From the NCBI GenBank assembly GCA_965203485.1, contig OZ241892.1, positions 800,001-864,000 of the forward strand: DNA of 64,000 nt. Reading direction: 5' to 3'. How positions within the stretch are numbered: position 1 is the first letter of the stretch; every line of letters starts with the position of its first letter. Position numbers and translations under genes: made by a program. Origin of the DNA: Longimicrobiales bacterium (lineage in GTDB: Bacteria; Gemmatimonadota; Gemmatimonadetes; Longimicrobiales; Gaopeijiaceae). The notes below the pieces were generated by a model. The model did no database searches. It saw only the letters and a program-made list of their open reading frames with translations, and was not told the DNA's origin. Below are positions 38,513 through 50,880 of the stretch, one piece after another.

Positions 38513-39058
38513 ATGAAGGATCGGACCGACGCCGAACTGGTCGCGCAAGCCAAGCTGGGCGACCGCGAAGCGTTCGGCGAGCTGGTCCGCCGTTACCAGG
38601 GCGCGGCCTACGCCGTCGCGCGCGCTGTCACTGGACATCACGAGGATGCGGAAGATGCGGTGCAGGATGCCTTCGTTACGGCGTTGCAGAGGCTGGACGG
38701 ATGCCGCGACCCGGCCAAGTTCGCCGGATGGCTGCTCGCCATCGTGAGGAACACGGCCCGCAACGTGGTGCGGCGCGAGGGTCTGCGCAGCACGGACCCC
38801 ATCCCGCCCGAGACGCCCGCGACCCAGCGCGGGCCCGAGGCGGAGGCGACGCTAGCGGAGTTGCGGCGAGACCTGGAGGCCGCGCTGGCCAAGCTGCCCG
38901 CCGTGCAGCGCGAGATCGTGCTGCTCTACGACTTGGAGGGATGGAAGCACGACGAGATCGCCGAGCGCCTGAGCATCCCGTCCGGCACCGTGCGGTCGCA
39001 CTTGCACTTCGCCCGAAAGGCGTTGCGGACGGAGCTGGCGAAATGGAAGGACCACTGA
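38513..39058 (+). CDS. ECF RNA polymerase sigma factor
   Basis: GDREAFGELVRRY, DAEDAVQD, FAGWLLAIVRN, EIAERLSIPSGTVRSHLH. Confidence 0.95.
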   Translation: MKDRTDAELVAQAKLGDREAFGELVRRYQGAAYAVARAVTGHHEDAEDAVQDAFVTALQRLDGCRDPAKFAGWLLAIVRNTARNVVRREGLRSTDPIPPETPATQRGPEAEATLAELRRDLEAALAKLPAVQREIVLLYDLEGWKHDEIAERLSIPSGTVRSHLHFARKALRTELAKWKDH

Positions 39059-39472
39059 ATGCCGAATGAACGGGAGACCACGATGGATCGCGAAGAACGC
39101 CGTGCCGATTTGTCGCTCCTGAACCCCGGCCGCGCCGATCCGGGGTACTGGGAGCGCTTCCGGGCCGCCGTGCTGGCCGCGGCCGCCTTCGAGCTGGCCG
39201 CTCGCCGCGAAAAGGCGCGCGGGTCGGTGACGGCCGTCCTGTCCGCCTGGTCGAAGAGGCTGATTCCCGCCACCTTGGCCGCCGCGGCCGCCGCCGCGCT
39301 GCTGGTCCTCTCGGAGACGCGCGCCGGAAGCGACCCCGCCGCGGTCGCGCCGCCGCTGGTTCTGGAAGACGTCCTCAGCGACGGATCGGGCGACGGCCCG
39401 TCGTGGGCGGCGCAGGAAGCGGCGGCCAGCCCCGTGGCGTTCATGGCCTTCGTCGAGGGGCAGAGCCGCTGA
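39059..39472 (+). CDS. Putative anti-sigma factor (single TM)
   Basis: Directly follows the ECF gene; central hydrophobic helix. Confidence 0.6.
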   Translation: MPNERETTMDREERRADLSLLNPGRADPGYWERFRAAVLAAAAFELAARREKARGSVTAVLSAWSKRLIPATLAAAAAAALLVLSETRAGSDPAAVAPPLVLEDVLSDGSGDGPSWAAQEAAASPVAFMAFVEGQSR

Positions 39473-39912
39473 TGGGCGTGCGCGCCAACGCTCGGATTGC
39501 GTCAGTGGCCCTGCTCGCGGCGATGCTCGCGGTCGGCTTCCTTGCGGGCGTGGCGTGGCAGCGGGACGCCCCGGCCGAGAACCCGCCCGACCAGGGCGAG
39601 CGCGACGGCCGCCCGGGCCGGGACGGCCGTCGGCTGGTCATCGACCAAGTCGGCTTGGCGCCCGAGACGCGCGCGCAGGTCTTGGACGTCGTCCGCCACT
39701 TCAGATCGCGGATGCACGCGCTCGACCGGGAGTTGCGCGCCGACTACGAGCCGCGCCAGCGGGCTCTGGTTCGCGAGACGCGCGACTCCATCAAGTCGCT
39801 GCTGTCGCCGCAGCAGCGAGCGGTCTACGACTCGTTGCTCGCAACCCGGCACCGGCGGCGCGGCGGCGAAGATCACAGGGCCGGGCCGCAGAACCGCAGA
39901 GGAGAACGATAG
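39472..39912 (+). CDS. Periplasmic helical protein (Spy/CpxP-like)
   Basis: N-terminal TM (MLAVGFLAG), [24 protein letters not shown]. Confidence 0.6.
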   Translation: MGVRANARIASVALLAAMLAVGFLAGVAWQRDAPAENPPDQGERDGRPGRDGRRLVIDQVGLAPETRAQVLDVVRHFRSRMHALDRELRADYEPRQRALVRETRDSIKSLLSPQQRAVYDSLLATRHRRRGGEDHRAGPQNRRGER

Positions 39913-39914
39913 AC

Positions 39915-41225
39915 GTGCGCATCACCGACGAACTGCCGCGGCGCGCCTGGGCCATGGCCGCGGCGGCTTGCGCGTGGGCGGCGAGCGCCGGCGCCCAGGA
40001 GCGAACCCCCGAGATCACGCTCGAAGAGGCCCTGGACCGCGCCCTGGTCCACAGCCCGCAGGTGGCCCAGAGCCAAGCCGCCCTCTCGAACGCGTCGGGC
40101 ACCCGCCGGCGGGCCGTGGGCTCGTTCCTGCCCAACCTGAACATGGGCTCCGGCGCGTCGGTGCAGAGCCAGAGCCGCTTCGATCCGAACACGCAGCGGG
40201 TCGTCACGGGCTCCAACGATTCCTACAGCGCTTCGCTGAGCGCCTCCTACCAACTCTTCCAGGGCGGCCGCAAGTTCCACGAGCTCAGCCGCACCGGGTC
40301 CGCGATCCGGCAGGCCCAGGCCACGCTGAGCAGCCAGCGCTTCGCCGTCGGACTCCAGACGCGGACGCTCTTCATGAACGCGTTGCGCCAGGACGAACTG
40401 GCGCAAGTCGCGGCCGCGAGGGTCGAGCGGGCCGAGGAGAGCTTGGAGATGACGCGCGCCCGGGTCCAGCAGGGGACCGGCACCCGCTCCGACAGCCTTC
40501 GCACGCGCCTGGAACTGGCGAACGCCCGGCAGGGCCTGTTGCAGGCGCGCAACCAGCTTCGCGCGGCGCGCTTCTCGTTGGGCCGCCAAGTGGGCGCGCC
40601 CGGTCCGGTGGCCCCCGTCGTTCCCGACGACCTGGAACCGGCCCCGCTCGCCTTGCCGGAGTCGGAGATCATCGCGCTGGCCCAGTCCATGTCGCCGGCG
40701 GTCCAAGCCGCGGAGGCGGCCGCCTCGGTCGCCAACGCGGCGCTCGGAAACGCCCGGTCCAGCTACTTGCCCACGCTCTCCCTTTCGTCGGGGTACACGT
40801 GGGCGAACCAGGCGCCGGCTCTGTCGGGCGGCAACACGAGCTGGAACTTTCGCGTCTCGGGGAGCTACACGCTGTTCGACGGATTCCAGCGCTCGGCCAA
40901 CGTGAGCCAGGCGTCAGAGAGCCGTCGCGTGTCGCGTCTCCAGGAAGAGGACGCGCGCCGCCAGGTGCGGCAGAACGTCGACGCCGCGCTTCGGACGCTC
41001 GAGACGCAGGAGCAGGCGATCGCGATCGCCCGCGAAGCGGTGGCGGTCGCGCAGGAGGACCTTCGATTCATACGGGAGCGCTACGCCGTGCAGATGGCGT
41101 CGGCGCTCGACGTGATCACCAGCCAAGTCGCGTTGGACCAGGCCGAGGCCGACTTGGTGTCGGCGCGTTACGACTACGTGCTCGCAAAGGCCGAACTCGA
41201 ATCCATAGTGGGGAGGGGACTGTGA
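39915..41225 (+). CDS. TolC-family outer membrane efflux protein
   Basis: [40 protein letters not shown]. Confidence 0.93.
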   Translation: MRITDELPRRAWAMAAAACAWAASAGAQERTPEITLEEALDRALVHSPQVAQSQAALSNASGTRRRAVGSFLPNLNMGSGASVQSQSRFDPNTQRVVTGSNDSYSASLSASYQLFQGGRKFHELSRTGSAIRQAQATLSSQRFAVGLQTRTLFMNALRQDELAQVAAARVERAEESLEMTRARVQQGTGTRSDSLRTRLELANARQGLLQARNQLRAARFSLGRQVGAPGPVAPVVPDDLEPAPLALPESEIIALAQSMSPAVQAAEAAASVANAALGNARSSYLPTLSLSSGYTWANQAPALSGGNTSWNFRVSGSYTLFDGFQRSANVSQASESRRVSRLQEEDARRQVRQNVDAALRTLETQEQAIAIAREAVAVAQEDLRFIRERYAVQMASALDVITSQVALDQAEADLVSARYDYVLAKAELESIVGRGL

Positions 41226-41953
41226 CGCAGAGCGGAAATGGAGTGGGGGGAGGGAACGACGTCGTCATCAGCACGAAGGCGTTGCGCAAGCACTATGTGC
41301 TCGGCGCGGAGACGGTGCGGGCGGTGCGGGGCGTGGACCTCGTCATTCGGCGCGGCGAGTTCGTGGCGATGATGGGGCCGTCGGGAAGCGGCAAGTCCAC
41401 GTTCATGAACCTGATCGGCTGCCTCGACACGCCGACCGACGGCGACTACTGGCTCAACGGCCGCAGGGTGTCGGAACTCTCGGACGACCAGCTCGCGCGC
41501 GTGCGCAACAGAGACATCGGCTTCGTCTTTCAGACGTTCAACCTGTTGCCGCGGGCCACGTCGCTGCACAACGTCGAGCTGCCTCTGATCTATGCCGGGA
41601 CGCCGGCCAAGGACCGGAGGCGGCGGGCGGAGGAAAAGCTCGAGCGGGTCGGGCTGGGGGACCGCATGGACCACAAGCCCCCGCAGCTTTCGGGCGGACA
41701 GAGGCAGCGCGTGGCAATCGCGCGCGCGCTGGTCAACGATCCCGCGCTGTTGCTGGCCGACGAGCCCACGGGAAACCTGGACTCGAAGACTTCTCGGGAG
41801 ATCGTGAACATCCTGGTCGAGCTCAACGAGGCCGGCCAGACGATCCTCCTGGTGACTCACGAGGCGGACATCGCGGCCGCCGCGTCCCGCCAGGTCCACC
41901 TCATGGACGGTTTGCTGGAGCGGGACTTCACGAACGAAGGGACCGGAGCATGA
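41222..41953 (+). CDS. ABC ATP-binding protein (MacB/LolD-like)
   Basis: [45 protein letters not shown]. Confidence 0.95.
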   Translation: MTQSGNGVGGGNDVVISTKALRKHYVLGAETVRAVRGVDLVIRRGEFVAMMGPSGSGKSTFMNLIGCLDTPTDGDYWLNGRRVSELSDDQLARVRNRDIGFVFQTFNLLPRATSLHNVELPLIYAGTPAKDRRRRAEEKLERVGLGDRMDHKPPQLSGGQRQRVAIARALVNDPALLLADEPTGNLDSKTSREIVNILVELNEAGQTILLVTHEADIAAAASRQVHLMDGLLERDFTNEGTGA

Positions 41954-43596
41954 AATCGAGGCGGATGGCCGAGTTGCCCGCGGCGCTGGCGGCCGTCGGC
42001 GCATTGGTTTGGACCGGCGCCTGCGGGCCGCGGGAGGACGAGGACGCGGCGACGATCCAGACCGTCGCCGCCGAGGTGCGCGACATGCGCATCACCGCCG
42101 AGGCGACCGGCGAGATCGAACCGATCCGCAAGGTCGAGGTGAAGTCGAAGGCGTCGGGCGAGATACTGGAGCTGTTCGTGGACTCCGGCGACGAAGTCGA
42201 GCCCGGGTCGCTGCTGGCCAGGGTCGATCCGCGCGACGTGCGGAACGCGCACGACCAGGCGAAGGCCGACTTGGAAGTCGCCGAGGCCCGCATGAAGATC
42301 TCGCAGGCGCAGCTCGGGCGCTCCGGGGAGCTCTTTCGCTCCGAGGTGATCACTGCCCAGGAGTACGAGACGAGGCAGCTCGATCACGCCAACGCACAGG
42401 CCCAGCTCGTGCGCGCCACCACCAACCTGCAACTCGCGGACCTGCGCCTGACCGACGTGACGATCCGGGCGCCGATGTCCGGGACGATCCTCGAGAAGCT
42501 CGTGGAGGACGGCCAAGTCATCCAGTCCGCCACGGGCAACGTGTCCGGCGGCACGACGCTGTTCGTCATGGCGAACCTGGACGAAATGCGCGTTCGGACG
42601 CTGGTTGACGAGACCGACGTGGGCCAGCTCTCGGCGGCCATGACCGCCACCGTGAGCGTCGAGGCGTTTCCGGACCGGACGTTCGAGGGCCAGATAGAGA
42701 AGATCGAGCCGCAGGCCACCGTCGTCCAGAACGTGACGATGTTTCCGGTGATCGTGCTGCTCGACAACCGCGCGGGGCTCCTCAAGCCGGGCATGAACGC
42801 CGAGGTCGAGGTGCTCGTCGACAGGCGAACCGCGGTCGTGACCGTGCCCAACAACGCCGTGGTCAAGCCGCACGAGGTGGCGCCCGCGGCCGAGGTGCTG
42901 GGCCTGGATCCGAACGAGATGGCGGTGGCCCGGAGTGCGTGGGCCGAGCTTGCCCAGCAGGCCGCGGCGCGGGTAGGGGCCGGGGACGCGCCCGGGCGGC
43001 GCATGGCGGCCGCCGCCGGCGGCGGGAACCCGGAGATGGCCGACGTGCGCCGGAAGATCGCGTCCGGCGAGATCGGACGTGATTCCGCGGCGGCGCTGAT
43101 GGCGGCGTGGCGGGCTCGCATGGGCGGCGGGGCCGCGGGCGGGCGGGGAGGCGGGAGCGGTCGTGCCGGCGGTCGCGCCGCAGAAGGCGAGACGGACGGC
43201 TCGGTGGCCGGCGCTGGACCTGCTGACGGCGGCGGCCGGGAACCGGAGGGCCGCGCGGCGCCGGGCGGGCGTGGCCAGGGCGGGACGCCGGGCATGGGCG
43301 GCCGGGGAGGAGGCGCGGGGTGGGCTGGGCTCGGGGCCTTCGCGCCGCGTGGCGGGTCGAGCGGCGATCCGGCCTTCGAGCCCGCGGTCGCGTTCGTCGT
43401 GGACGAAGCGGGCGCCGTCGCGGCCCGGCCCGTCATGCTGGGCCTGACCGACTGGGACCATGCCGAGATCGTGGTCGGCTTGGAGGAGGGCGAGCACGTC
43501 GCGCTCATCGGGACCGCCCAGTTGCTGGCGCAGCAGGCGGAGCGGATGGAGCGGCTCAGAAACCGGATGGGCGGCGGCCGCCCGTTCGGCGGCTAG
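41950..43596 (+). CDS. MacA-like periplasmic adaptor with Gly-rich insertion
   Basis: Lipobox-like [49 protein letters not shown]. Confidence 0.9.
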   Translation: MKSRRMAELPAALAAVGALVWTGACGPREDEDAATIQTVAAEVRDMRITAEATGEIEPIRKVEVKSKASGEILELFVDSGDEVEPGSLLARVDPRDVRNAHDQAKADLEVAEARMKISQAQLGRSGELFRSEVITAQEYETRQLDHANAQAQLVRATTNLQLADLRLTDVTIRAPMSGTILEKLVEDGQVIQSATGNVSGGTTLFVMANLDEMRVRTLVDETDVGQLSAAMTATVSVEAFPDRTFEGQIEKIEPQATVVQNVTMFPVIVLLDNRAGLLKPGMNAEVEVLVDRRTAVVTVPNNAVVKPHEVAPAAEVLGLDPNEMAVARSAWAELAQQAAARVGAGDAPGRRMAAAAGGGNPEMADVRRKIASGEIGRDSAAALMAAWRARMGGGAAGGRGGGSGRAGGRAAEGETDGSVAGAGPADGGGREPEGRAAPGGRGQGGTPGMGGRGGGAGWAGLGAFAPRGGSSGDPAFEPAVAFVVDEAGAVAARPVMLGLTDWDHAEIVVGLEEGEHVALIGTAQLLAQQAERMERLRNRMGGGRPFGG

Positions 43597-43614
43597 CCGG
43601 AGGGGAGAGGGCGC

Positions 43615-44832
<1,218 letters not shown>

Positions 44833-44848
44833 CCGACCGGGGAACGCG

Positions 44849-45757
44849 CTAGCGCAGAGGGGGCGAAAGGGATATCCGTTCGCCGCGACGGACCAGGTCC
44901 ACTCCGACCGGATCGGACGCCGCCACGAGGGCCGTTCGCAGCTGGGCTACGGTGCTGATCGGTTCGCCGCCCACCGACACGACGACATCTCCGGCCCGCA
45001 GTCCGGCCCGCCCTGCCGGGCTGCCGGGCGTCACGTTTGTCGCCAGGACGCCTTCGCTTACGCCGAAGTGCTTGCCGAGCGCCCGGGTCAAGTCTCGCAG
45101 CTCCGCGCCGGTGGTCACGTAGACGCGCGGGGCGGCGTCCTCGGCGGGACCGAACGCCGGCACGGCCGCGGGGTTGATGCCCAGGTCGCGCCACGCGGCT
45201 CGCATGAACTCGGGCAACAAGCCCCACGGCACCTGGACCGGCGCGCCCCTCGACGCCTGCAAGGCCAAGGCGCTGTCCGTCCAGCCGAAGGATGCGCTTT
45301 CCATCAGCAGCGCGTCGGCCAACAACGAGTCGGTCGTCTTGAAGACGCGGTTGCGGACGTGCTCGTAGCGGGCGGCGGGCGCCGCCTGCGCAGTCGTGGG
45401 CCGTCTGCCAGCGAGAACGAAGACCAGCCTGTTCTCGCCGTTTCGCCTGAGCATGAGGCCGATCGTGTCGCCCGGCACCGGACCGGCCAGGGCTCGAACC
45501 CAGGCGTCGTAGTCGGCCAGCGGGCGGCCCGGGGAGAGCGTGTCGCCGGGACGGATCCCCGCGACGTCGGCCGGACCGCCCCGGTGGACGTCGATGACGA
45601 CGATCTCCAGCGGACCGGACTCGATCCCGCCGAGCGGGAGGTCCACGCGGATTCCGATCCAGCCGCCCCGCCCGGCGCCGCGCGCGTCCTGGCCGTCGGC
45701 TTGGCCGGAGGCTGCGAACCACGCCACGACCGCCAGCGCCGAAAGGCGTCCCCGCAT
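44849..45757 (-). CDS. Secreted tandem-PDZ domain protein
   Basis: Signal peptide MRGRLSALAVVAWF; GWIGI...GPADVAGIRPGD; GSPAGRAGLRAGDVVVSVGG; no protease domain seen. Confidence 0.8.
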   Translation of the reverse strand: MRGRLSALAVVAWFAASGQADGQDARGAGRGGWIGIRVDLPLGGIESGPLEIVVIDVHRGGPADVAGIRPGDTLSPGRPLADYDAWVRALAGPVPGDTIGLMLRRNGENRLVFVLAGRRPTTAQAAPAARYEHVRNRVFKTTDSLLADALLMESASFGWTDSALALQASRGAPVQVPWGLLPEFMRAAWRDLGINPAAVPAFGPAEDAAPRVYVTTGAELRDLTRALGKHFGVSEGVLATNVTPGSPAGRAGLRAGDVVVSVGGEPISTVAQLRTALVAASDPVGVDLVRRGERISLSPPLR

Positions 45758-45882
45758 TCGGCCCGGCGGCGCGGCCCGGCGCCGCGCGTCCGTCGGCTTG
45801 CGAGCTTCGGGGTTGCGGCGCGTCCGCCTTGCGCACGCGCCCGGCGCCGGCGCCGCGAGGGCGCGTCCGGGGGTCACCGAGC

Positions 45883-46584
45883 CTAGTACCAGCCGCCCGC
45901 GCGACCCATCTGCCGGAGCGCCTGCCGGCGTTGCGCCAGCGTGGTCAGCAGGAATCCGTTGAAGTAGGCGTCGGAGGGCGACTCCTCCACGGCCGCCCTC
46001 CCGGCCGCGACGAGCGCCTCGAGCGCGGCCAAGCGCGCAGCCGGGTCGCTGGCAACGGCGCCGGGCCGGTCGGCCTCCACGAACTGCCAGTAGGTTGCGT
46101 GAGCCCGCATCCAGTCCTGTTCGGCGGCGAGTACGGCGGCGCGGGCGTCTTCCAGCGACCGAGGCGGTCGTGGCTCGGCCCGGACCGCCGTCGTCGCCGG
46201 CACGCCGCCGCCCGCGCCCGGATTCCGGGCCGCCGCCGTCCACCCGGCACCCGCCCCGCCGACGAAGACGAGCGCCGCGGCCGCCGCTTGGTACCACTTG
46301 CGACGAGAGAGCGGACCAGCCCAGCCCGTCCCCCGCTCTCGGCGGCCGTGCTCGCCCATTGCGCTGGACCGACTTAGCAGCCCCGATTCGAGCAGCTTCG
46401 CTTCCACGCCGGCCCAAGCGCCGGCAGGCAGCACGGACGGGAGGGCGGCGAGCGCTTCCGTCTGCGCCCGCAACGCCTCGAGTTCCCGCGCGGCGACCGG
46501 ATCCGCGTCCAAGCGCGCCTGCTCGTCCGCCGTCGGCGTCTCGTCCACGAGCCGCGCCAGAGTTTCCAACGTCAACCGGTCCAT
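45883..46584 (-). CDS. Putative anti-sigma factor (single TM)
   Basis: MDRLTLETLARLVDE... overlaps the sigma gene 3' end; TM WYQAAAAALVFVGG. Confidence 0.7.
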   Translation of the reverse strand: MDRLTLETLARLVDETPTADEQARLDADPVAARELEALRAQTEALAALPSVLPAGAWAGVEAKLLESGLLSRSSAMGEHGRRERGTGWAGPLSRRKWYQAAAAALVFVGGAGAGWTAAARNPGAGGGVPATTAVRAEPRPPRSLEDARAAVLAAEQDWMRAHATYWQFVEADRPGAVASDPAARLAALEALVAAGRAAVEESPSDAYFNGFLLTTLAQRRQALRQMGRAGGWY

Positions 46585-47327
46585 GCCTTCGCCTCCTCGT
46601 TGTACTTGACGACGCCGCTCAGCAGCTTGCGCATCCGGGCGCGCGCCTTGAACAGTTGCGATTTCGAGGTGCCCGCCGTGACGCCCAGCGCCTCGCCGAT
46701 CTCCGCGTGGGTGTATCCTTCGACATCGTGCAATATGAGCACTTCGCGCATTCCCGCGGACAACTGGTCCAGGGCGGCCTCCAGTTTCTGGGCCAGCAGC
46801 GGGTCGCCGAAGCTGTGGGACGCCGGCAAGTCCACCGGAATCGACGTCTCGCGTTGCGCTCGCGTCTTTTCCTTGCGGAGCATCTGCAACGCCGTGTTCA
46901 CGGCGATCCGGTGCAGCCACGTGCCGAACCGGGCTTCGCCCCGGAAGGTGGGCAGCGCTCGGATGGCCCGTATCCACGTCTCCTGCGAGCAGTCCTGCGC
47001 CAAGTCGTCGTCGCCGATGATCCTCCGCACGACGGCGTGCACGCGAGGCGAGTAGCGGTCGTAGAGGGCGCGGACGGCGCGCTCGTCGCCTTCGCACGCT
47101 TTGGCGATCAGTTCCGGCTCGATGTCGGTGCGTCCGATGTGTCTAGCGTCCGGCTGGTCCGCGCAGCCGCTACGGTCGCGGTTGCAGCAGATCTGGCTTG
47201 GGGTCTCGCCTGCTTGGACTAGAGGACGCGAAGCAGGGTTGCCTGGCGGCCGCGCGGACGGCGTGCTTCGCGGTGTCCCGTTGTCGCCGGCGTCCAAGGA
47301 TGCCCGCGTCCACGCTGCGCGCGCCAC
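46572..47327 (-). CDS. ECF RNA polymerase sigma factor (true start probably near 47140)
   Basis: GDERAVRALYDRY, LAQDCSQE, FGTWLHRIAVN, EGYTHAEIGEALGVTAGTSKSQLFKAR. Confidence 0.9.
   Translation of the reverse strand: MARAAWTRASLDAGDNGTPRSTPSARPPGNPASRPLVQAGETPSQICCNRDRSGCADQPDARHIGRTDIEPELIAKACEGDERAVRALYDRYSPRVHAVVRRIIGDDDLAQDCSQETWIRAIRALPTFRGEARFGTWLHRIAVNTALQMLRKEKTRAQRETSIPVDLPASHSFGDPLLAQKLEAALDQLSAGMREVLILHDVEGYTHAEIGEALGVTAGTSKSQLFKARARMRKLLSGVVKYNEEAKAWTG
47215..47243 (-). promoter_or_regulatory. Putative ECF-type promoter
   Basis: Minus strand GGCAAC-N18-GTCCAA, with sigmaE-like spacing. Confidence 0.4.
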
Positions 47328-47481
47328 TTTGTCGTATCGTATCGGAGCAGCCTAGCCGCGCGGCCGCGCCTGCGCACCCCCCGGCCACGCCGCCGGCCCG
47401 GAAGCATCGACCCCGCGGTCCCCCGTCCGGCGCCTTCGTCCGCGGCCTCCGGGACCCATGCATCGGCCTCTCCGCTTGCCC

Positions 47482-48726
47482 ATGATCTCCTCGCCCGACC
47501 CTGCTTCCGCCGCCGCCGCACCCGCCACGGGAGATCCGCCGCTCCCGGCCGCCCGGTCTTGCGGCGCGTCCCACCTCGAATGTTCGGGCACAGGCCGCGC
47601 CTACCCGTCCGAGCGGCTTTCCGGCCTGTCCCCGGCGGGCAAGCCGTTCCTGGCCCGCTACGATCTGCACGCGTTGCGGGGCCGGTTCGCGCCCGCCGCC
47701 CTGGCGGACCGCGAGCCGTCGCTGTGGCGCTACGAGGAAGTCCTTCCCGTCCGCGACCGAGCCCGCCGGGCGACGCTGGGCGAGGGGTTCACGCCCTTGA
47801 TCGAGTCGCCGCGTCTGGCCCGCGCGTACGGCGTCGGGCGCCTCTGGATCAAGGACGAGGGCCAGAACCCGACGGGCTCGTTCAAGGACCGGGGGCTCTG
47901 CATGGCCGTCTCGCGGGCATGGGAGCTGGGCGCCGAGGAGCTCGCGATTCCGTCGGCGGGCAACGCCGCGAGCGCCACGGCGGCCTACGGCGCCGCAGCT
48001 GGGTTGCCGGTCCACGTGGTGGTCCCGCGCGACACGCCCGCGCCGATCCTGGCGGAACTCGACGCGCTCGGAGCCGACGTGCGGCTGCTGGACGGGGTCA
48101 TCAGCGACTGCGGCAAGGTCGTGCGCCGGATGTGCGACGAGCGCGGGTGGTGGGACCTGTCCACGCTCAAGGAGCCGTACCGCGTGGAGGGGAAGAAAAC
48201 GATGGGCTACGAGCTGTTCGAGCAGTTGGGGCGGTTGCCGGGCGCGATCGTGTATCCGACGGGGGGCGGCACCGGGCTGATCGGCATGTGGAAGGCGTTC
48301 GACGAGATGGAGCAGCTGGGTTGGATTGGGGCGGAGCGCCCGAAGATGTTCTCCGTGCAGGCCGAGGGATGCGCGCCGGTGGTGCGGGCGTGGGAGGCGG
48401 GCGACGACTCGGCCGAGCCGTGGGAGGGGGCGGCCACGTACGCGTCCGGGTTGCGGGTGCCCGGAGCCGTCGGGGACTTCCTGATCCTGCGCGCCTTGCG
48501 CGAATCGGGGGGCGGCGCGGTGGCGGTCGGCGACCGCGACATGGCCGGCGCGGTCAAGGCCGTCGGAGCCGCCACGGGCGTCTTCGCCGCGCCGGAGGGC
48601 GGTGCGACGGCGGCGGCCCTGCCCGCTCTCCGCGACATGGGACTGCTGAACGAACGCGACGAAGTGGTCCTCTTCAACACCGGCAGCGGCCTCAAGTACG
48701 TCGGCATGGAGCCGCTGGACCGGTGA
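47482..48726 (+). CDS. thrC: Threonine synthase
   Basis: SLWRY, TLGEGFTPL, NPTGSFKDRG (PLP Lys), SAGNAA, YRVEGKKT, YPTGGGTG, NTGSGLKY. Confidence 0.9.
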   Translation: MISSPDPASAAAAPATGDPPLPAARSCGASHLECSGTGRAYPSERLSGLSPAGKPFLARYDLHALRGRFAPAALADREPSLWRYEEVLPVRDRARRATLGEGFTPLIESPRLARAYGVGRLWIKDEGQNPTGSFKDRGLCMAVSRAWELGAEELAIPSAGNAASATAAYGAAAGLPVHVVVPRDTPAPILAELDALGADVRLLDGVISDCGKVVRRMCDERGWWDLSTLKEPYRVEGKKTMGYELFEQLGRLPGAIVYPTGGGTGLIGMWKAFDEMEQLGWIGAERPKMFSVQAEGCAPVVRAWEAGDDSAEPWEGAATYASGLRVPGAVGDFLILRALRESGGGAVAVGDRDMAGAVKAVGAATGVFAAPEGGATAAALPALRDMGLLNERDEVVLFNTGSGLKYVGMEPLDR

Positions 48727-48835
48727 CGCCGGCGGCGGCCGGACTCGGCGCGCGCGTTGCTCCGAAGGGGGTGGCGGTTCCCAGCGCCGGCACCGGATCG
48801 CGCTGGGCGGCGGGCTGGGCCCCGCGGGTGCCGTC

Positions 48836-49075
48836 GTGACCTACGTCTTCGCGGCCTTGGGGGCGCTGGCCCTCGCGGCAGGGGCGGCGGCGCGCTGGCG
48901 AATGCGGCGGGACCGGCGGACCGAGGCGGGGATGACCGACGACGACGTGCGCCAGATCGAGCAGCACGGCTGGCTGGTGCGCGAGGAGGAAGACGAGCCC
49001 CTGGACCTCGAGGAGATACGCGAAGCCGAGAAGCGCTTTTGGGAGCCGACTTGGGACCGTCCCGAAGAGCGCTGA
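48836..49075 (+). CDS. Small membrane-anchored hypothetical protein
   Basis: N-terminal TM helix and acidic tail (MTDDDVRQIE...EPLDLEEIREAEKRFW). Confidence 0.65.
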   Translation: MTYVFAALGALALAAGAAARWRMRRDRRTEAGMTDDDVRQIEQHGWLVREEEDEPLDLEEIREAEKRFWEPTWDRPEER

Positions 49076-49118
49076 CCGGCGAGTCCCTTACCCCCCGGGG
49101 AACGCGGGATGGTTGGCG

Positions 49119-49634
49119 CTAGTCGCGTGGTCTCCAGCGGTAGCTGATCTCCGGCAACGGGACGAACGCCCGCCGGGGAGGACGGAGGTCCTCGGGGTCG
49201 GGCCGTCTCAGCGCGAGCGCCCGGTTGAGGTAGACCGCCGCCCCCGCCCAATGATTGCCGGAAAACCGCGCGTCGAATCCGACGGGAATCCGCGCGATCA
49301 AGCCGACGCCCGTCCCCTCCTCGGCGCGGGCGACGATGCCCCAGAGACCTGCCCCCGCAAAGGGCTCGACGGCGCTCGAGCCGACGTACTGCTTGGCCGT
49401 CACCGACAGGCTCACGTCGCGGAAGCCCCAGGTGCCGAGCTGCACTTCCACGCCTTGGTGGCGCCACCGGTACTCCGCCACCAGCGCCACCGTGCTCGCA
49501 CCGCCCGCCGACACTCCGAACCGGTACTGAGCGGTTGCCGGCGAGGCCAGTCCAGCGCCCGCCGCGCAAGCAAGGGCGACGGCGCGGCCCATGCGTCGCG
49601 CCGGGTCACCGCGTCGAGCAGTCGGGACGGCCAT
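49119..49634 (-). CDS. Secreted hypothetical protein, possibly a small outer-membrane beta-barrel
   Basis: Signal peptide ending PATA; alternating beta-strand pattern; aromatic residues near the C-terminus (EISYRW). Confidence 0.6.
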   Translation of the reverse strand: MAVPTARRGDPARRMGRAVALACAAGAGLASPATAQYRFGVSAGGASTVALVAEYRWRHQGVEVQLGTWGFRDVSLSVTAKQYVGSSAVEPFAGAGLWGIVARAEEGTGVGLIARIPVGFDARFSGNHWAGAAVYLNRALALRRPDPEDLRPPRRAFVPLPEISYRWRPRD

Positions 49635-49856
49635 GGCGCGAAACATATTTGCGCTCGGGTGCGGTTGCCAGCCGGGCGGTTGCCGGCGTTGGCCGCAGTC
49701 CCGACTTGCCCCGGGCGCCGCGACCCACGACCACCCTGGGGATGGCGCGGCGCTTCGGCCTCCGGGGGGAGCTCCGCGCTTGGCCGCCGGCCCGTCGGTG
49801 TGCGATACTGAGGGCGTTCAGCGCCGTCCGCTCCCCCCTCGCCGAACGCTCGTTCC

Positions 49857-50858
49857 TTGGCCGATTCGCCGCTCCTCGCACGTTGGCTTCGCCGCGCTGG
49901 TACGGCAACGCTGGCGGCGGTCCTGCCCTTGGCGTGCGGCGTGCCCGACCGTCCCGCCGGATTGCCGGCGCCCATGGCGGAGGCGGCAATCGAGTGGCTG
50001 GCCCCCGACACGCTTCGCTCCTTGCGCATCGGCGACGGCGTCTTCTACCGGTACGCGTGGTCGGCGAAGGGTCCGTGGGCCGTTCACTTGGTCTCGGCCG
50101 ACCTCTCCCGCTGCGACGTGAGCCTCGCCGTCGTGCCCGCCTTGGCGAACGACGGCGTCACTCGCTCGCGGTTGCGCGTCTCGGAGATGTCGCCGCCGGA
50201 CGGCTTGGCCGGGATCGCGGCCGTCAACGGCGACTTCTTCACGCCCCGAGGAAGTCCGCTGGGCGCGGAGCTCACCATCTCCACCAAGCGGTGGACCAGC
50301 CGTCCGGCCCTCGTGTGGCGGAAGGGCCTGGGAGCCTGGATCGGCACGCCGGACCGCCAGGGCGGCAGACCCGGCGCCGGCTTCGGCTCCATCGGGTCCG
50401 ACATGGCGTTCGGCGACTCCGTCGCGCCTTCCGCCGAAGCGCCCGACGGAGGATGGCAGGTGGTGGGCGGGTATCCCAAGCTGCTCGACTCCGACCGGGT
50501 CGCGATGGGGGTCGCGACGGCCCGGCCCGAGTTCGCCGCCCTCCGCCACCCAAGAACCGGGGTCGCGATCGACACCGAATCCAACCGCCTTTGGATGGTG
50601 GTGGTGGACGGTCGCCAGGAACCCCATTCCGCGGGCATGACGCTGCACGAACTCGCCGACTTGATGGCCTCTCTCGGGGCCGACGAAGCTCTCAACCTGG
50701 ACGGCGGAGGGTCGTCCGCGATGCTGTTGCGGGGCCGCTTGGCCAACCACCCGTCCGACGCCTCCGGCGAACGCCGCGTGGCGAACAGCCTTTGGCTCGT
50801 CCGGGATCGGTCGACATGCCCCGGCAGAGTCGCGCGCCGCGGCCCGCGAGGCCGGTAG
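49857..50858 (+). CDS. Phosphodiester glycosidase (NAGPA/DUF2233) family lipoprotein
   Basis: Lipobox LAC; AAVNGDFF, RHPRTGVA, VVDGRQ, ALNLDGGGSS, ERRVANSL. Confidence 0.9.
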   Translation: MADSPLLARWLRRAGTATLAAVLPLACGVPDRPAGLPAPMAEAAIEWLAPDTLRSLRIGDGVFYRYAWSAKGPWAVHLVSADLSRCDVSLAVVPALANDGVTRSRLRVSEMSPPDGLAGIAAVNGDFFTPRGSPLGAELTISTKRWTSRPALVWRKGLGAWIGTPDRQGGRPGAGFGSIGSDMAFGDSVAPSAEAPDGGWQVVGGYPKLLDSDRVAMGVATARPEFAALRHPRTGVAIDTESNRLWMVVVDGRQEPHSAGMTLHELADLMASLGADEALNLDGGGSSAMLLRGRLANHPSDASGERRVANSLWLVRDRSTCPGRVARRGPRGR

Positions 50859-50880
50859 GCGAGACCGGGTCGGGACCGCC

